From Candidatus Poribacteria bacterium (GTDB lineage Bacteria; Poribacteria; WGA-4E; WGA-3G): DNA of 64,000 bases. Positions within the stretch are counted from its first letter, which is position 1. Every line of letters starts with the position of its first letter. A program made the translations under genes and the position numbers. Positions 9,744-19,188 of this stretch are shown piece by piece. The stretch lies in the NCBI GenBank assembly GCA_963665235.2, contig CAXXLX010000001.1, positions 2,112,001-2,176,000 on the forward strand, given 5' to 3'. Under the pieces are notes generated by a model. That model was not told the DNA's origin. It was given only the letters and a program-made list of their open reading frames with translations, and did no database searches.

Positions 9744-9812
9744 TATCCTATAAGAACGTATTGACCAAAACCGACAGACAATTGAGAGAGAATTCTAGCA
9801 GATAAAAAAACA

Positions 9813-10271
9813 ATGCGAACGTTTGTAGAACTTTTCATCCGATGTATCCACCTCACCGTAGCCGTGGTCTGGGTCGGAGGAGTCATGTTTTCAGCCTTGA
9901 TTGCAATGCCGGTATTTCGGCAAAACCTACCGGCACAAGACCTGTTAGAAATTCACAATCGGTTTCGCCACTGGATTCGATTGATGATTCATGTGCTGCT
10001 AATTACAGGGGGAATGGTGATTTTTATCGTTGCATGGAATAACGACATGCAATTGAAGGCAACGTATATGGTATACGCCGTTGCAAAGCTCGCAGCATTC
10101 GGCTTCCTAGCACTGTTTTGGGGACTCTACAGTTCACTCTATCGGCGGCACCTTGAAAGCGCACCCCCTGACCATAAAATTACGGTGCCGCGTCATATCA
10201 ATATTTTCGGGTATTTGACACTTTTTTCAGGATTCATAGTATTTGCACTTGCATTGCAGTTGAAAAATTAA
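9813..10271 (+). CDS. CopD-like four-TM membrane protein
   Basis: IHLTVAVVWVGG motif, four hydrophobic helices. Confidence 0.65.
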   Translation: MRTFVELFIRCIHLTVAVVWVGGVMFSALIAMPVFRQNLPAQDLLEIHNRFRHWIRLMIHVLLITGGMVIFIVAWNNDMQLKATYMVYAVAKLAAFGFLALFWGLYSSLYRRHLESAPPDHKITVPRHINIFGYLTLFSGFIVFALALQLKN

Positions 10272-10298
10272 AGGACAACAAACATTCTGAACCAACGC

Positions 10299-11603
10299 AT
10301 GGAAAAAACAAAAGTTCAAGCAGTTTCATGGAATATAACGAGATTGTGCAATCTGAAATGTATGCACTGCTATCTCCCCGCCGGATTTGTGGACACTAAC
10401 GAGTTTCCGCAAGGGTATCATAGAGATACCGAGTTAAGTCAATCTGAGTGTTTTCGAATCATTGACGAGATAGCGGAGATTAATCCCCATATTCTTCTCA
10501 TCCTCACCGGAGGCGAACCTTTATTACGTCCGGATATCTTGGAGATTTCGCAGTACGCTTCGGATACCGGGTTTCTTGTCGTGATGGGCACAAACGGTGT
10601 TTTGCTAAACGATGCAGTGGTTGAGAAGATGCAAAAGCACGGGGTTACGGGTGCAGGTTTAAGCCTAGATTCTATCCAACCCGCAAATCACGACCGGTTT
10701 CGAGGGATGGAAGGCGCGTGGGAGGCAACGATGAACGGGGTTGAGGCACTCAAACGTGCCCAGCTCGATTTTCTCGTCCAAACCTCTGTGACGCAGTGGA
10801 ATTATGACGAAATCCCGCAGATTGTAGAATACGCGTATCAGTTAGGCGCGAAGGTGCTGAATCTCTATTTTCTCGTCCGAACCGGAAGGGGCAAAACCGT
10901 AATGGACATTACACCTGCCCAATATGAACAGATGCTTGAGACGATGTTCCAACTACAAGCTGAGTATAGCGGAAAGCTGCTCATCGCCGCAAAATGCGCG
11001 CCGCATTATAAACGCGTTATCTATGAACAGCAGTCCGATTCCGCATTCCTTCAGGGCTATCCGAGTGGCACGTGTCCGTGTGGCATCTATTATTGTCGCA
11101 TCAGTCCTGAAGGTGAACTGACCCCCTGCCCATATCTTCCCACAAGTGTTGGCAATCTCAAAGAGGAGAGTTTCGTTAAACTCTGGAATGAATCGGAAAC
11201 TTTTCAGGCGTTACGAAATCGGAATCTACTTGAAGGAAAATGTGGCTTGTGTGAATTCAGGGAGGTGTGTGGCGGTTGTAGAGCACGGGCTTATGCGACA
11301 ACCGGCAACTATCTCGCAGCGGATGAATCTTGTGAATATGAACCGGGGCAGACAGGCCAACAACCTGTTCAATTGCAGGAACGGACCGCCTTCGCTGCAG
11401 AACCCGATTACGACTTGAAATGGAACGATGCAGCGGAACAGCGGTTGAAACGTGTGCCCTCGTTTGCACGCGGCATGGTTATCAAAAGCGTTGAGAAATA
11501 CGCACGCGAACACGGGTATCGCGAAATAACCCCTGAGCTCATGAAGGCGGTCAAAAAGCGGTTCGATAAGACAGGCATACCCTCTTTCCGACCGCGCCGC
11601 TAA
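10299..11603 (+). CDS. Radical SAM/SPASM protein (AhbD/NirJ-like, heme biosynthesis) with C-terminal PCP_red domain
   Basis: WNITRLCNLKCMHCY, TGGEPLLR, CAPHY, SPASM cysteines (CGLCEFREVCGGCRARA); tail W..AEQRLKRVPSFARGMV..ITPELM. Confidence 0.85.
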   Translation: MEKTKVQAVSWNITRLCNLKCMHCYLPAGFVDTNEFPQGYHRDTELSQSECFRIIDEIAEINPHILLILTGGEPLLRPDILEISQYASDTGFLVVMGTNGVLLNDAVVEKMQKHGVTGAGLSLDSIQPANHDRFRGMEGAWEATMNGVEALKRAQLDFLVQTSVTQWNYDEIPQIVEYAYQLGAKVLNLYFLVRTGRGKTVMDITPAQYEQMLETMFQLQAEYSGKLLIAAKCAPHYKRVIYEQQSDSAFLQGYPSGTCPCGIYYCRISPEGELTPCPYLPTSVGNLKEESFVKLWNESETFQALRNRNLLEGKCGLCEFREVCGGCRARAYATTGNYLAADESCEYEPGQTGQQPVQLQERTAFAAEPDYDLKWNDAAEQRLKRVPSFARGMVIKSVEKYAREHGYREITPELMKAVKKRFDKTGIPSFRPRR

Positions 11604-11650
11604 AGCGTCGTTAAAGAGAAACCCGACAGCTACAAACAGAGGAAATTTGC

Positions 11651-12370
11651 ATGCTAACAGAAAAACAGGTAACATTTTTTCAGGAAAATGGATACCTTAT
11701 CCTTGAAAACGTCATTGATACAGAAGTAATTGAGGAGTGGCGAGAACAGATTTGGAAACATTTCAATTCCAGCTTGGAAACGCCAGAGACATGGCCCGAC
11801 GATTACGTGGTGCAAAACTTCGGTTTCTCGCCACAGTTCGGACAATTGCCGGTGATGCAAGAGGTTATCCAGCAATTCAGCGGGGGTGAATTTACAGGAG
11901 GCGGCGGCTCGCCGCTTGTAAAATGGCCCAAAGCGGACGAGGACTGGAAAATGCCCGGGAGCGGACATATTGATGCTTACGGGCCCGGCGGATGGAGCCC
12001 GTTTATGCTAGGCGCGACCACCTATCTATACGATGTTGAACCTGGCGGCGGGGCTTTCATCTATTGGCCGAAAAGCCATCACACGACGCACGAATACTTC
12101 CTCAAATATCCTGAGCAGGTTGATGGAAGCTTCAGGGATATCGAGGGGTGGGGATGGCATACATTTTCAGATTTATCCCCGGAGGGTCCGCGTGAATTTA
12201 TCGGCGCGGCGGGAGATATTGTGTTATGGCACGCTTATCTGTGTCATACAGGCTCCGCCAATGTGAGAGACGTTCCGCGCGTCGGCATATTTGCACGCTA
12301 CCACCATAAACGCCGTGAAGAAATTAGATATGAAATCCCAGACAATCTTTGGAAATATTGGACAGTTTAA
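11651..12370 (+). CDS. Phytanoyl-CoA dioxygenase (PhyH) family protein
   Basis: FFQENGYL, H-I-D, WPKSH, GDIVLWH..CHTGS motifs. Confidence 0.85.
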   Translation: MLTEKQVTFFQENGYLILENVIDTEVIEEWREQIWKHFNSSLETPETWPDDYVVQNFGFSPQFGQLPVMQEVIQQFSGGEFTGGGGSPLVKWPKADEDWKMPGSGHIDAYGPGGWSPFMLGATTYLYDVEPGGGAFIYWPKSHHTTHEYFLKYPEQVDGSFRDIEGWGWHTFSDLSPEGPREFIGAAGDIVLWHAYLCHTGSANVRDVPRVGIFARYHHKRREEIRYEIPDNLWKYWTV

Positions 12371-12379
12371 GGAGAATAT

Positions 12380-12796
12380 ATGAGCAACGAGCAAGTTAAC
12401 GTTCAAGAGCGTCTCACGAATGTTGAAGACCGTTTGGCACGTTTGGAAAGTCTGCTTACCAACATCAATGAAAAGTTAAAGCCGACATCGGAAGTGAGCA
12501 CTGCGGAATCTGAAGGCACCGAAAAATTCAGACAGTGGGTGACAGATTACGTCTCTATGCGATTACAGCAACTTGTCCCGGAGACCTGTGAGCATCCGGC
12601 TGAAACTGTCGTGCAAGACGGACCTTTTCTTGACAATACGAATGTCCCTTGTACGGAAGAGGTTGTGCATCGCGTCAAACGGATTCCGATACCTTTCGTA
12701 CGGGAGATGGTTGTGCAGCGGGTTGCTGAGAATGCCCGGTCCGCACAGATTGAACGCGTAGACATTACGTTTTTTGAAAAAGCGGCTACGTTCTGA
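12380..12796 (+). CDS. Small protein with N-terminal coiled coil and C-terminal PCP_red-like domain
   Basis: RVKRIPIPFVREMVVQRVAENAR resembles the PCP_red motif. Confidence 0.65.
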   Translation: MSNEQVNVQERLTNVEDRLARLESLLTNINEKLKPTSEVSTAESEGTEKFRQWVTDYVSMRLQQLVPETCEHPAETVVQDGPFLDNTNVPCTEEVVHRVKRIPIPFVREMVVQRVAENARSAQIERVDITFFEKAATF

Positions 12797-12898
12797 CAGT
12801 GTGAAGCCACGGAGGAGTTCCCTCTGCCTAATTTTGATTGGAAGGACTTCTTAAAGGCTCCTAATTTGTAACGTCTATATCACTCATGAGAGGCAAGT

Positions 12899-13486
12899 AT
12901 GTCATCCATTGGTGCACAAACCTATTTCACACCGGCGGAATATCTCGTCTGGGAACGGAAGGCAGCGGTCAAAAGCGAATATCTCAGCGGAGAGATACTC
13001 GCGATGTCCGGCGCGAGCCTTGCACATACGCGCATCACGTTGGATATAGCTACCGAATTAAATATTCAATTAAGAGGGCGCGAATGTGAAGTCGTCACCA
13101 ACGATATGCGTGTCAAAACTAGCCCGCAGGTCGCCTATTTCTATCCGGATGTCCTCGTCTTTTGCGGCGAACCTCAATTTGAAGACGATGCCTTTGACAC
13201 ACTTCTCAATCCTGTCACCATCATAGAGGTGCTTTCACCCTCAACCGAAACGTATGACCGGACAGAGAAATTTGAATATTACCAGCAATTGGTATCCCTG
13301 AAAGAATATGTCCTCGTTTCACAGGACAAGGTCCACGTTGAACACTATTGTCGTCAAAGCACGGAGTGGGTGCTGAAAGAATTCCGCAGACTTCAAGACG
13401 CACTGACGTTTTCCACAATCGGATGCGAGCTCTCTTTGCGCGACATTTACAGACGCATTTCGTTGGTGGACTCGCCTTCGGTGTAA
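12899..13486 (+). CDS. Uma2 family putative endonuclease
   Basis: EYLSGEILAMSG, YFYPDV, IIEVLSPSTETYDR, EYVLVSQD. Confidence 0.9.
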   Translation: MSSIGAQTYFTPAEYLVWERKAAVKSEYLSGEILAMSGASLAHTRITLDIATELNIQLRGRECEVVTNDMRVKTSPQVAYFYPDVLVFCGEPQFEDDAFDTLLNPVTIIEVLSPSTETYDRTEKFEYYQQLVSLKEYVLVSQDKVHVEHYCRQSTEWVLKEFRRLQDALTFSTIGCELSLRDIYRRISLVDSPSV

Positions 13487-13505
13487 CTTTAGGAGAACAC
13501 AGCGC

Positions 13506-13880
13506 ATGGAATGGGTTTTCAATACGTTCTCAGAATACCTTGAGAACGATTTCAAAAAACGGCTTGGAAAATCGGCACCTACCCCCGCTGACCTCTGGAA
13601 AGCGTTTCAGGTGCTTTTTCCAGCGACTTCCGCTCGACTTTTAGTCCAAGAGCCGGTCGGGAACACCGTCAGATTTAAGCCGCTCGCTTTCTACTACGCA
13701 GACGAAATGGGCCCTCTCATTGAATCACCTTTGGATTACCTGAAACAACATTTCGGCGGCGGTAAATTCAAAATCAATTTCTATCACGGCATGCAGTTCA
13801 TCGGAACTATTAATTTCAAGCCTGAGGGACCTGAAATATGGCGTGATTTACCAGAATTAGAAGGAGTCGACACCTTATGA
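13506..13880 (+). CDS. Hypothetical protein
   Basis: AGGAG SD; stop overlaps the next start (ATGA). Confidence 0.7.
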   Translation: MEWVFNTFSEYLENDFKKRLGKSAPTPADLWKAFQVLFPATSARLLVQEPVGNTVRFKPLAFYYADEMGPLIESPLDYLKQHFGGGKFKINFYHGMQFIGTINFKPEGPEIWRDLPELEGVDTL

Positions 13881-14314
13881 ATCAACAGGGGTTTGAAGAA
13901 TGTCCTGCCTGCGGCGATACGAGCGTCCAGCAGCTAGATGCGAATTCCTGGTTCTGCTTGGACTGTGACTGGGATAATTTGACCGCTATTGTCGCAGGCA
14001 ATGACGAACTACTCGCGTCCCTCCGTTATGGGGACATACATTCACGGCGGATTGCTGCACAAGCCTTGATTAATATCGGTGATACGGAGCGACATCTCGC
14101 CACAATTACGGATACAGAAGCACTGCTGGAAGCACTTGACGATGAAGATGCAGATGTGCGTTATTTTGTAGCGGTTGCCCTCGGCAAATTGGAGGCGAGC
14201 CCTAGCTTGAACAAACTAAAACATCTTGCACAAAACGATACCTCCGCGCTTGTGCGTGAAGGCGCGCAGACTGCTGTTGACCAGATAGAATCGCGCCACG
14301 CGTCAACCCCTTAA
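13877..14314 (+). CDS. Zn-ribbon plus HEAT repeat protein
   Basis: CPACG...CLDC, then LLEALDDEDADVRYFVAVALGKL HEAT repeats. Confidence 0.8.
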   Translation: MNQQGFEECPACGDTSVQQLDANSWFCLDCDWDNLTAIVAGNDELLASLRYGDIHSRRIAAQALINIGDTERHLATITDTEALLEALDDEDADVRYFVAVALGKLEASPSLNKLKHLAQNDTSALVREGAQTAVDQIESRHASTP

Positions 14315-14333
14315 ACGATAGGAGACATAAAAA

Positions 14334-15392
14334 ATGGAAAAAATTCAGCTCGGTTATATCGGATGCGGATTTATGGCACAAAAGGTCCACATTCCCAATT
14401 TCGCAAGCATCCCAACGTGTGAACTCGTCGCGCTCGCCGAAGTACGGACTGAACTCGGTAAAAAGGTCCAAAACCGATTTGGAATTCCACAGCTGTACCG
14501 TGACCATATTGAACTGGCACAAAATGCCGATATTGAAGCGGTAGCGGTGTCTGCCGATTTCGCTTTACAAGGGGAAATTGCCAAAGACCTCCTACTCGCC
14601 GGGAAGCACGTCTTTATGGAGAAACCGATGGCTGTCTCCATTGAACAGGCACAAACTATCGTCGATGCCTCACGACAGTCCGGTAAAAAACTGATGGTAG
14701 GTTACATGAAACGTTACGACGCTGGCAACGAGATTGTCAAAGAAAAGGTGGCACAATTTCGTGAAACAGGCGAACTCGGCCACTTGACGTACGCCCGTAA
14801 TCATGCATTCGGCGGCGATTGGGTCTGCAACCTGGATACACCTATGGACGGCACAGATGAACCGAAACCGAGCGCACCACAGAAATTCCCAGCATGGCTC
14901 CCTGAAAAATGGCGAGGCCCCTACATCGGATACCTGCAGCAGTATACACACAATATCAATCTTATGCGGTGGTTTCTCGATGCAGGAGACGACGTTACCG
15001 TTAAAGCTGTGGATTTAGATGAAAACGGGTATACAGGCGTTGTTATCTTCAATATGGCGGGGACTCGTGTCACATTGGAAACCGGGCATGTTTCGCACTA
15101 TCGCTGGGATGAGCATTCACAGCTCTATTTTCAAAACGGATGGATTCACACCTGGGCACCCCCGCTATTGTTGAAAAATACGCCCGCGGAGGTTGAAATT
15201 TACCGAGCAGGCGAAACACAGGAAATTTCACGACCCATCCCAAGACCTTCCTGGACCTGGGCATATTATAGAGAAGCGGAGCATTTTATCGCAAACCTCC
15301 GAAACCCTGAACCGTTCCGTTCCTCCGCTGAAGATACGCTAACGGATGTGAGGTTGTTTGAGGATATCTATCGCATCTTCATACAAGGGTAG
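14334..15392 (+). CDS. Gfo/Idh/MocA family oxidoreductase
   Basis: GYIGCGFMA, GKHVFMEKPMA, VGYMKRYD. Confidence 0.9.
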   Translation: MEKIQLGYIGCGFMAQKVHIPNFASIPTCELVALAEVRTELGKKVQNRFGIPQLYRDHIELAQNADIEAVAVSADFALQGEIAKDLLLAGKHVFMEKPMAVSIEQAQTIVDASRQSGKKLMVGYMKRYDAGNEIVKEKVAQFRETGELGHLTYARNHAFGGDWVCNLDTPMDGTDEPKPSAPQKFPAWLPEKWRGPYIGYLQQYTHNINLMRWFLDAGDDVTVKAVDLDENGYTGVVIFNMAGTRVTLETGHVSHYRWDEHSQLYFQNGWIHTWAPPLLLKNTPAEVEIYRAGETQEISRPIPRPSWTWAYYREAEHFIANLRNPEPFRSSAEDTLTDVRLFEDIYRIFIQG

Positions 15393-16266
15393 ACGAAGCT
15401 CGCACTTCAATATCAAATCCCTCTTTGCGAATACGCTGGTTCAAGTAAACAAGGGTGATACCGATAATCCAAACTGTAAATGAAAACGCGTAGACAATGA
15501 GGTGTATACCGGTCGAAATCGCGTAAAAAAGCGGGGTGTTGCTATCAAAAGCATCTCCGAATAGTCCCCATTCAATAATCTCGATAAAATCGATGTCACT
15601 CCAAAGATTTGCTAAAATAAGTATGAAACCGACTGAAATCTCAAATATTGCATGAACTAGCGTGGACAATAAAAGGAGCACAAGTAATGTGCCAAACAGC
15701 TGCCACCATGCCCCCCTAGCGAGTTCACTACTCCGTCTCAAGGCCTGTTTTACCGTAGACTCTTCAAACATGACGGTTCCAAGGAACAAGCCCCAACGCA
15801 CCGTAAAATAAATTGCAAACGGTATGCCGATAATCGTAAGTGCCAAGGCACCTATAACTAACGACCAAACGAAAAAACACCCCAGCAATTGCCAAAACTT
15901 ATCAGTTGCTCGCTGCAAAACCGAACGAATTGTAATGTCTTCACCTAGATAGGTTGCACCGCTAATGATAGCAATCCCACCGACCCCTATAATGTAAAAA
16001 GCAACTGCAATTACGGCTATCACTAATCCCAACGGAAAAGTAGTGTCAAAGAAAAACTCGGAACGATCAAGTAAAAGATGTAATGCCAGTTCTGCACAAA
16101 CAGAAAATATGACAAGTCCTAAAAATAGCCGAAAATGCTGCCTATAGAGACTAAAAATCGTATCCAGAATATCCCCTAATCCCATCGGTTTAAGCGACTG
16201 TATTCCTGAAGTAGGTTCACTGTTGCCGGCTTGCGGCGTGTTGTTCTGTTCTAGCATGTTTCTCAC
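15379..16266 (-). CDS. Integral membrane protein (GDPD membrane-domain-like)
   Basis: LKPMGLGDILD, ALRRSSELARGAWW and LVYLNQRIRKEGFDIE; multiple TM helices. Confidence 0.75.
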   Translation of the reverse strand: MRNMLEQNNTPQAGNSEPTSGIQSLKPMGLGDILDTIFSLYRQHFRLFLGLVIFSVCAELALHLLLDRSEFFFDTTFPLGLVIAVIAVAFYIIGVGGIAIISGATYLGEDITIRSVLQRATDKFWQLLGCFFVWSLVIGALALTIIGIPFAIYFTVRWGLFLGTVMFEESTVKQALRRSSELARGAWWQLFGTLLVLLLLSTLVHAIFEISVGFILILANLWSDIDFIEIIEWGLFGDAFDSNTPLFYAISTGIHLIVYAFSFTVWIIGITLVYLNQRIRKEGFDIEVRASSTLV

Positions 16267-16290
16267 CTACTGACTACCGGTTGTTGACAG

Positions 16291-17694
16291 CTATTGCTGA
16301 AAAGCGCGTTGCCGATAGAGATGCTCAAACAGATTACCCTCATGGGGACTATCCCAAGAAATCTGATTCGTCGGAATGGCTCCTAAATTCAACCTATCGA
16401 TAAGTGGCGTTGCCAGTAGGTCCTGAATGAGTTTCGCATCTTCGGTAATAACGGTAGCAACCAGTGTTCCCCCGATAGATTCAACGAGCTTCGCCGCTGG
16501 CACTTCAACGACACTCACAAATGGGAACGGGAATTCCGTATTTGCCAACGGATGCTCCGGTTCATCACACCAGATAACTGTGGGACGAAGGAAGGTGCAA
16601 CCGTCTAATTCAACGACCCGGTCACCTGTTGTTAATTCTGTTGCCCCAGCCTGTTTGAGGTGTCGGTCAATCAGGGATGAGATGCTATGAGCAGCCTTCG
16701 GATTTGCCCATGCCGCAATTCCTGCCTCCGGATGCTCAAGCGGTTTCGGTTGAATACGTGACAAGCGTTCCGCTAACGCCTCCGCCACCGCTTTCCCATG
16801 TGCTGTAACCCATACGCCGGAGGCATTAATGCATGACCTCCCGCCATTTTTGGCAACCGATTCAACGATAAGCTTAAGGTATTCCTCATAGTTTACCTGT
16901 TCCCCTTCATGGATGACGATTTTACTACGTCCTGGACCGTGAATTTCCACGCGCGGATCGTTTAGCCACGGCGCGACAGTTGAACCGCCGCCAAAGAGCA
17001 TTGAACGTCCACACCGGAATAGGATTTCGTTGGCACCGGGGTAATCGGTTGGGTAAAAGCTAAAGGCTTCGGGCGGAACCCCCGCTGCTATAAACGCTTG
17101 CACCATCCGATACGGAGTCCACGGCTCCTCTCGCCCGGGTTTTAGCACAAGGGGCACTTTTAAGGCAACAGCAGGAATCCACAGGGAATGGACACCCGGC
17201 GAATTGCTCGGCAAGATAGCACCCAGTGCATCTGTTTCACAAACGTAGCTTAACGTCCGGCCGTTTTGGATACCCCAACCGGTATCGAGAATACGCAGGT
17301 CAAGTCCGCGTGTTAAGCCGTCTAAAACTGTATCAATGTTTTCTAAAACCCCTCGAATCTTCCCCATGTTCTGTTCGCACAAGGTTTCAGGTAAGCCGGT
17401 TGTTCCAGAAACCTGTCGGAGATAGACTGTCGGAGATTGAGTGCTTCCATTAAGCGGTAGGTCAGCCGTTGTGAATAGCTGCGCAGCCGCCTTGCACATA
17501 GAAATCAACGCTTCAACGGAATGTTGTGAAAGGGTTTGCTTGTGTAGCGGCAGGTCCCGAAGGTCTTTCGCTATCAAACCCGTGTTGGCTTGACTGATTT
17601 CGACCAGCGGTTCACCTGTTTTGATGTGCGGGACGTGAACAGTTTTCAGACTTCTATAGGAACGTCCGGCGCGTAAGATTGGGATATGTAGCAT
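16291..17694 (-). CDS. Aldehyde dehydrogenase/acyl-reductase family protein (GriD/EhpG/LuxC-like)
   Basis: LPSNSPGVH, LKPGREEPWT, HGPGRSK, NGGRSCINAS (catalytic Cys), EFPFP. Confidence 0.8.
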   Translation of the reverse strand: MLHIPILRAGRSYRSLKTVHVPHIKTGEPLVEISQANTGLIAKDLRDLPLHKQTLSQHSVEALISMCKAAAQLFTTADLPLNGSTQSPTVYLRQVSGTTGLPETLCEQNMGKIRGVLENIDTVLDGLTRGLDLRILDTGWGIQNGRTLSYVCETDALGAILPSNSPGVHSLWIPAVALKVPLVLKPGREEPWTPYRMVQAFIAAGVPPEAFSFYPTDYPGANEILFRCGRSMLFGGGSTVAPWLNDPRVEIHGPGRSKIVIHEGEQVNYEEYLKLIVESVAKNGGRSCINASGVWVTAHGKAVAEALAERLSRIQPKPLEHPEAGIAAWANPKAAHSISSLIDRHLKQAGATELTTGDRVVELDGCTFLRPTVIWCDEPEHPLANTEFPFPFVSVVEVPAAKLVESIGGTLVATVITEDAKLIQDLLATPLIDRLNLGAIPTNQISWDSPHEGNLFEHLYRQRAFQQ

Positions 17695-17730
17695 TTTTTT
17701 CTCGTTAGGTTACGGCACATCGGCGCGTGC

Positions 17731-18435
17731 CTACTCCTTTGTGATTTTGGCAACCCAACCGGAGGCAGCATCACAGTAGAGAAAATCGTCTCCGTGGATG
17801 GATAAACCGTGCGGTTCAGGACAATCCTTTGGCACCTCAATTCGCTCGAGAATAGTGCCATCTTCAAGGTCAAGCTTGACGATAACTCTATCAGAGGTAT
17901 GCGTCACCCACAACCCATCCTCAACTCGGACGGTGCCGTGTGCTCTACCGTAAGGTAACGGTAAGGTGTGTTGGATTGACCAATCGGATATTTTAACCTT
18001 GTGTATCTCCTGGTTTTTTAACGTTTGAACCCAGAGATGGCCTTCATCGAAGTTGTCATATTCAACGCCGTGTGTACCGCCGCCCTCCGGGACAGGATAA
18101 CGTCCAAGGGTTTCACCGGTAGCAGGGTCGACCTTGAAAATTTCACCTGCCCCCGGTTTAGCGTCTGTCTCTCGGACAGCGCGCCACCGGTCGCCAGGGC
18201 CGTTCGCTGCTAACCAGAGCGCGCCGCCACCGAACGCCATACCGCTGGTGTTGGAGGATTCACTCGGAATATCATGGATATGTTTCGGCACCTGGTACTC
18301 CGGGTCGCATGTGATTTCGACCAAAGCGACTCTATCCGTAATCTGATCGACTATCCACAAGCCATCGGTTGTAACCTGCAATCCGTTCGGAACTGCATAA
18401 GGGGACCGGAAGACTTTCTCAATTTTTGTTGACAT
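17731..18435 (-). CDS. Beta-propeller protein (glutamine cyclotransferase/Vgb-like)
   Basis: Repeated P.G...DGLW blades; GGAG SD before ATG 18435. Confidence 0.65.
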   Translation of the reverse strand: MSTKIEKVFRSPYAVPNGLQVTTDGLWIVDQITDRVALVEITCDPEYQVPKHIHDIPSESSNTSGMAFGGGALWLAANGPGDRWRAVRETDAKPGAGEIFKVDPATGETLGRYPVPEGGGTHGVEYDNFDEGHLWVQTLKNQEIHKVKISDWSIQHTLPLPYGRAHGTVRVEDGLWVTHTSDRVIVKLDLEDGTILERIEVPKDCPEPHGLSIHGDDFLYCDAASGWVAKITKE

Positions 18436-18499
18436 GTTCAAACTCCTTTTTCGTGTTTATCTACCTATGCTAACTTCAAAATATGGTTCATGTAACAAC

Positions 18500-18829
18500 C
18501 TACTGCTCCAATAACTTTTGGAGTTCTTCTATCTTGTAATACCTGCCGGCTTTGAAATTCTCTTCCGCTTTTTCTAAGAGCGGATCAAGTCTACCCGCTT
18601 TTGCATCTTCCTCAATCTGCTTATCCCACGCCTCCTCTTCAGCGACTAAGGTTTCATGAAGGACTGTTGCAAGGGTTTTTAGCAATGCTTCCTGTGTGTT
18701 TTCCTCACAATTTACTTCAGGGACTTCCGGTATCCATCCCATCCACGCGGCACCATTCTTTTGTATATGGGCGATATAGGTTTCTTCGTATACCGTATCT
18801 TCTATCTCAACAATCAGCATCTCTTCCAT
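18500..18829 (-). CDS. HicB-like putative antitoxin, tandem copy B
   Basis: WMGWIPEVPEVNCEENTQEALL, then WDKQIEEDAKAGRLD; near-identical 5' part to 18861-19163. Confidence 0.65.
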   Translation of the reverse strand: MEEMLIVEIEDTVYEETYIAHIQKNGAAWMGWIPEVPEVNCEENTQEALLKTLATVLHETLVAEEEAWDKQIEEDAKAGRLDPLLEKAEENFKAGRYYKIEELQKLLEQ

Positions 18830-18860
18830 CTTCATCCCCTTATGATTACTACGGTTAGTC

Positions 18861-19163
18861 CTATAAATCAATACATTTTCCTTCCCGTAAATCTGCAAGA
18901 GCTTCTTTGCGAAGAGCGTCAAGGTGTCCTGCTTTTACATCTTTCTCAAACTGTTTTTCCCACGCCTCATCTATAGCGACTAAGGTTTGATGAAGGACTG
19001 TTGCAAGGGTTTTTAGCAATGCTTCCTGTGTGTTTTCTTCACATTTGACTTCGGGTACTTCCGGTATCCATCCTATCCACGCGGTCCCATTCTTTTGTAT
19101 ATGGGCGATATAGGTTTCTTCGTATACCGTATCTTCTATCTCAACAATCAGCATCTGTTCCAT
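18861..19163 (-). CDS. HicB-like putative antitoxin, tandem copy A
   Basis: Paralog of 18500-18829; AAGGA SD. Confidence 0.65.
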   Translation of the reverse strand: MEQMLIVEIEDTVYEETYIAHIQKNGTAWIGWIPEVPEVKCEENTQEALLKTLATVLHQTLVAIDEAWEKQFEKDVKAGHLDALRKEALADLREGKCIDL

Positions 19164-19188
19164 CTTTATTTCCTTATGATTGAAAACC

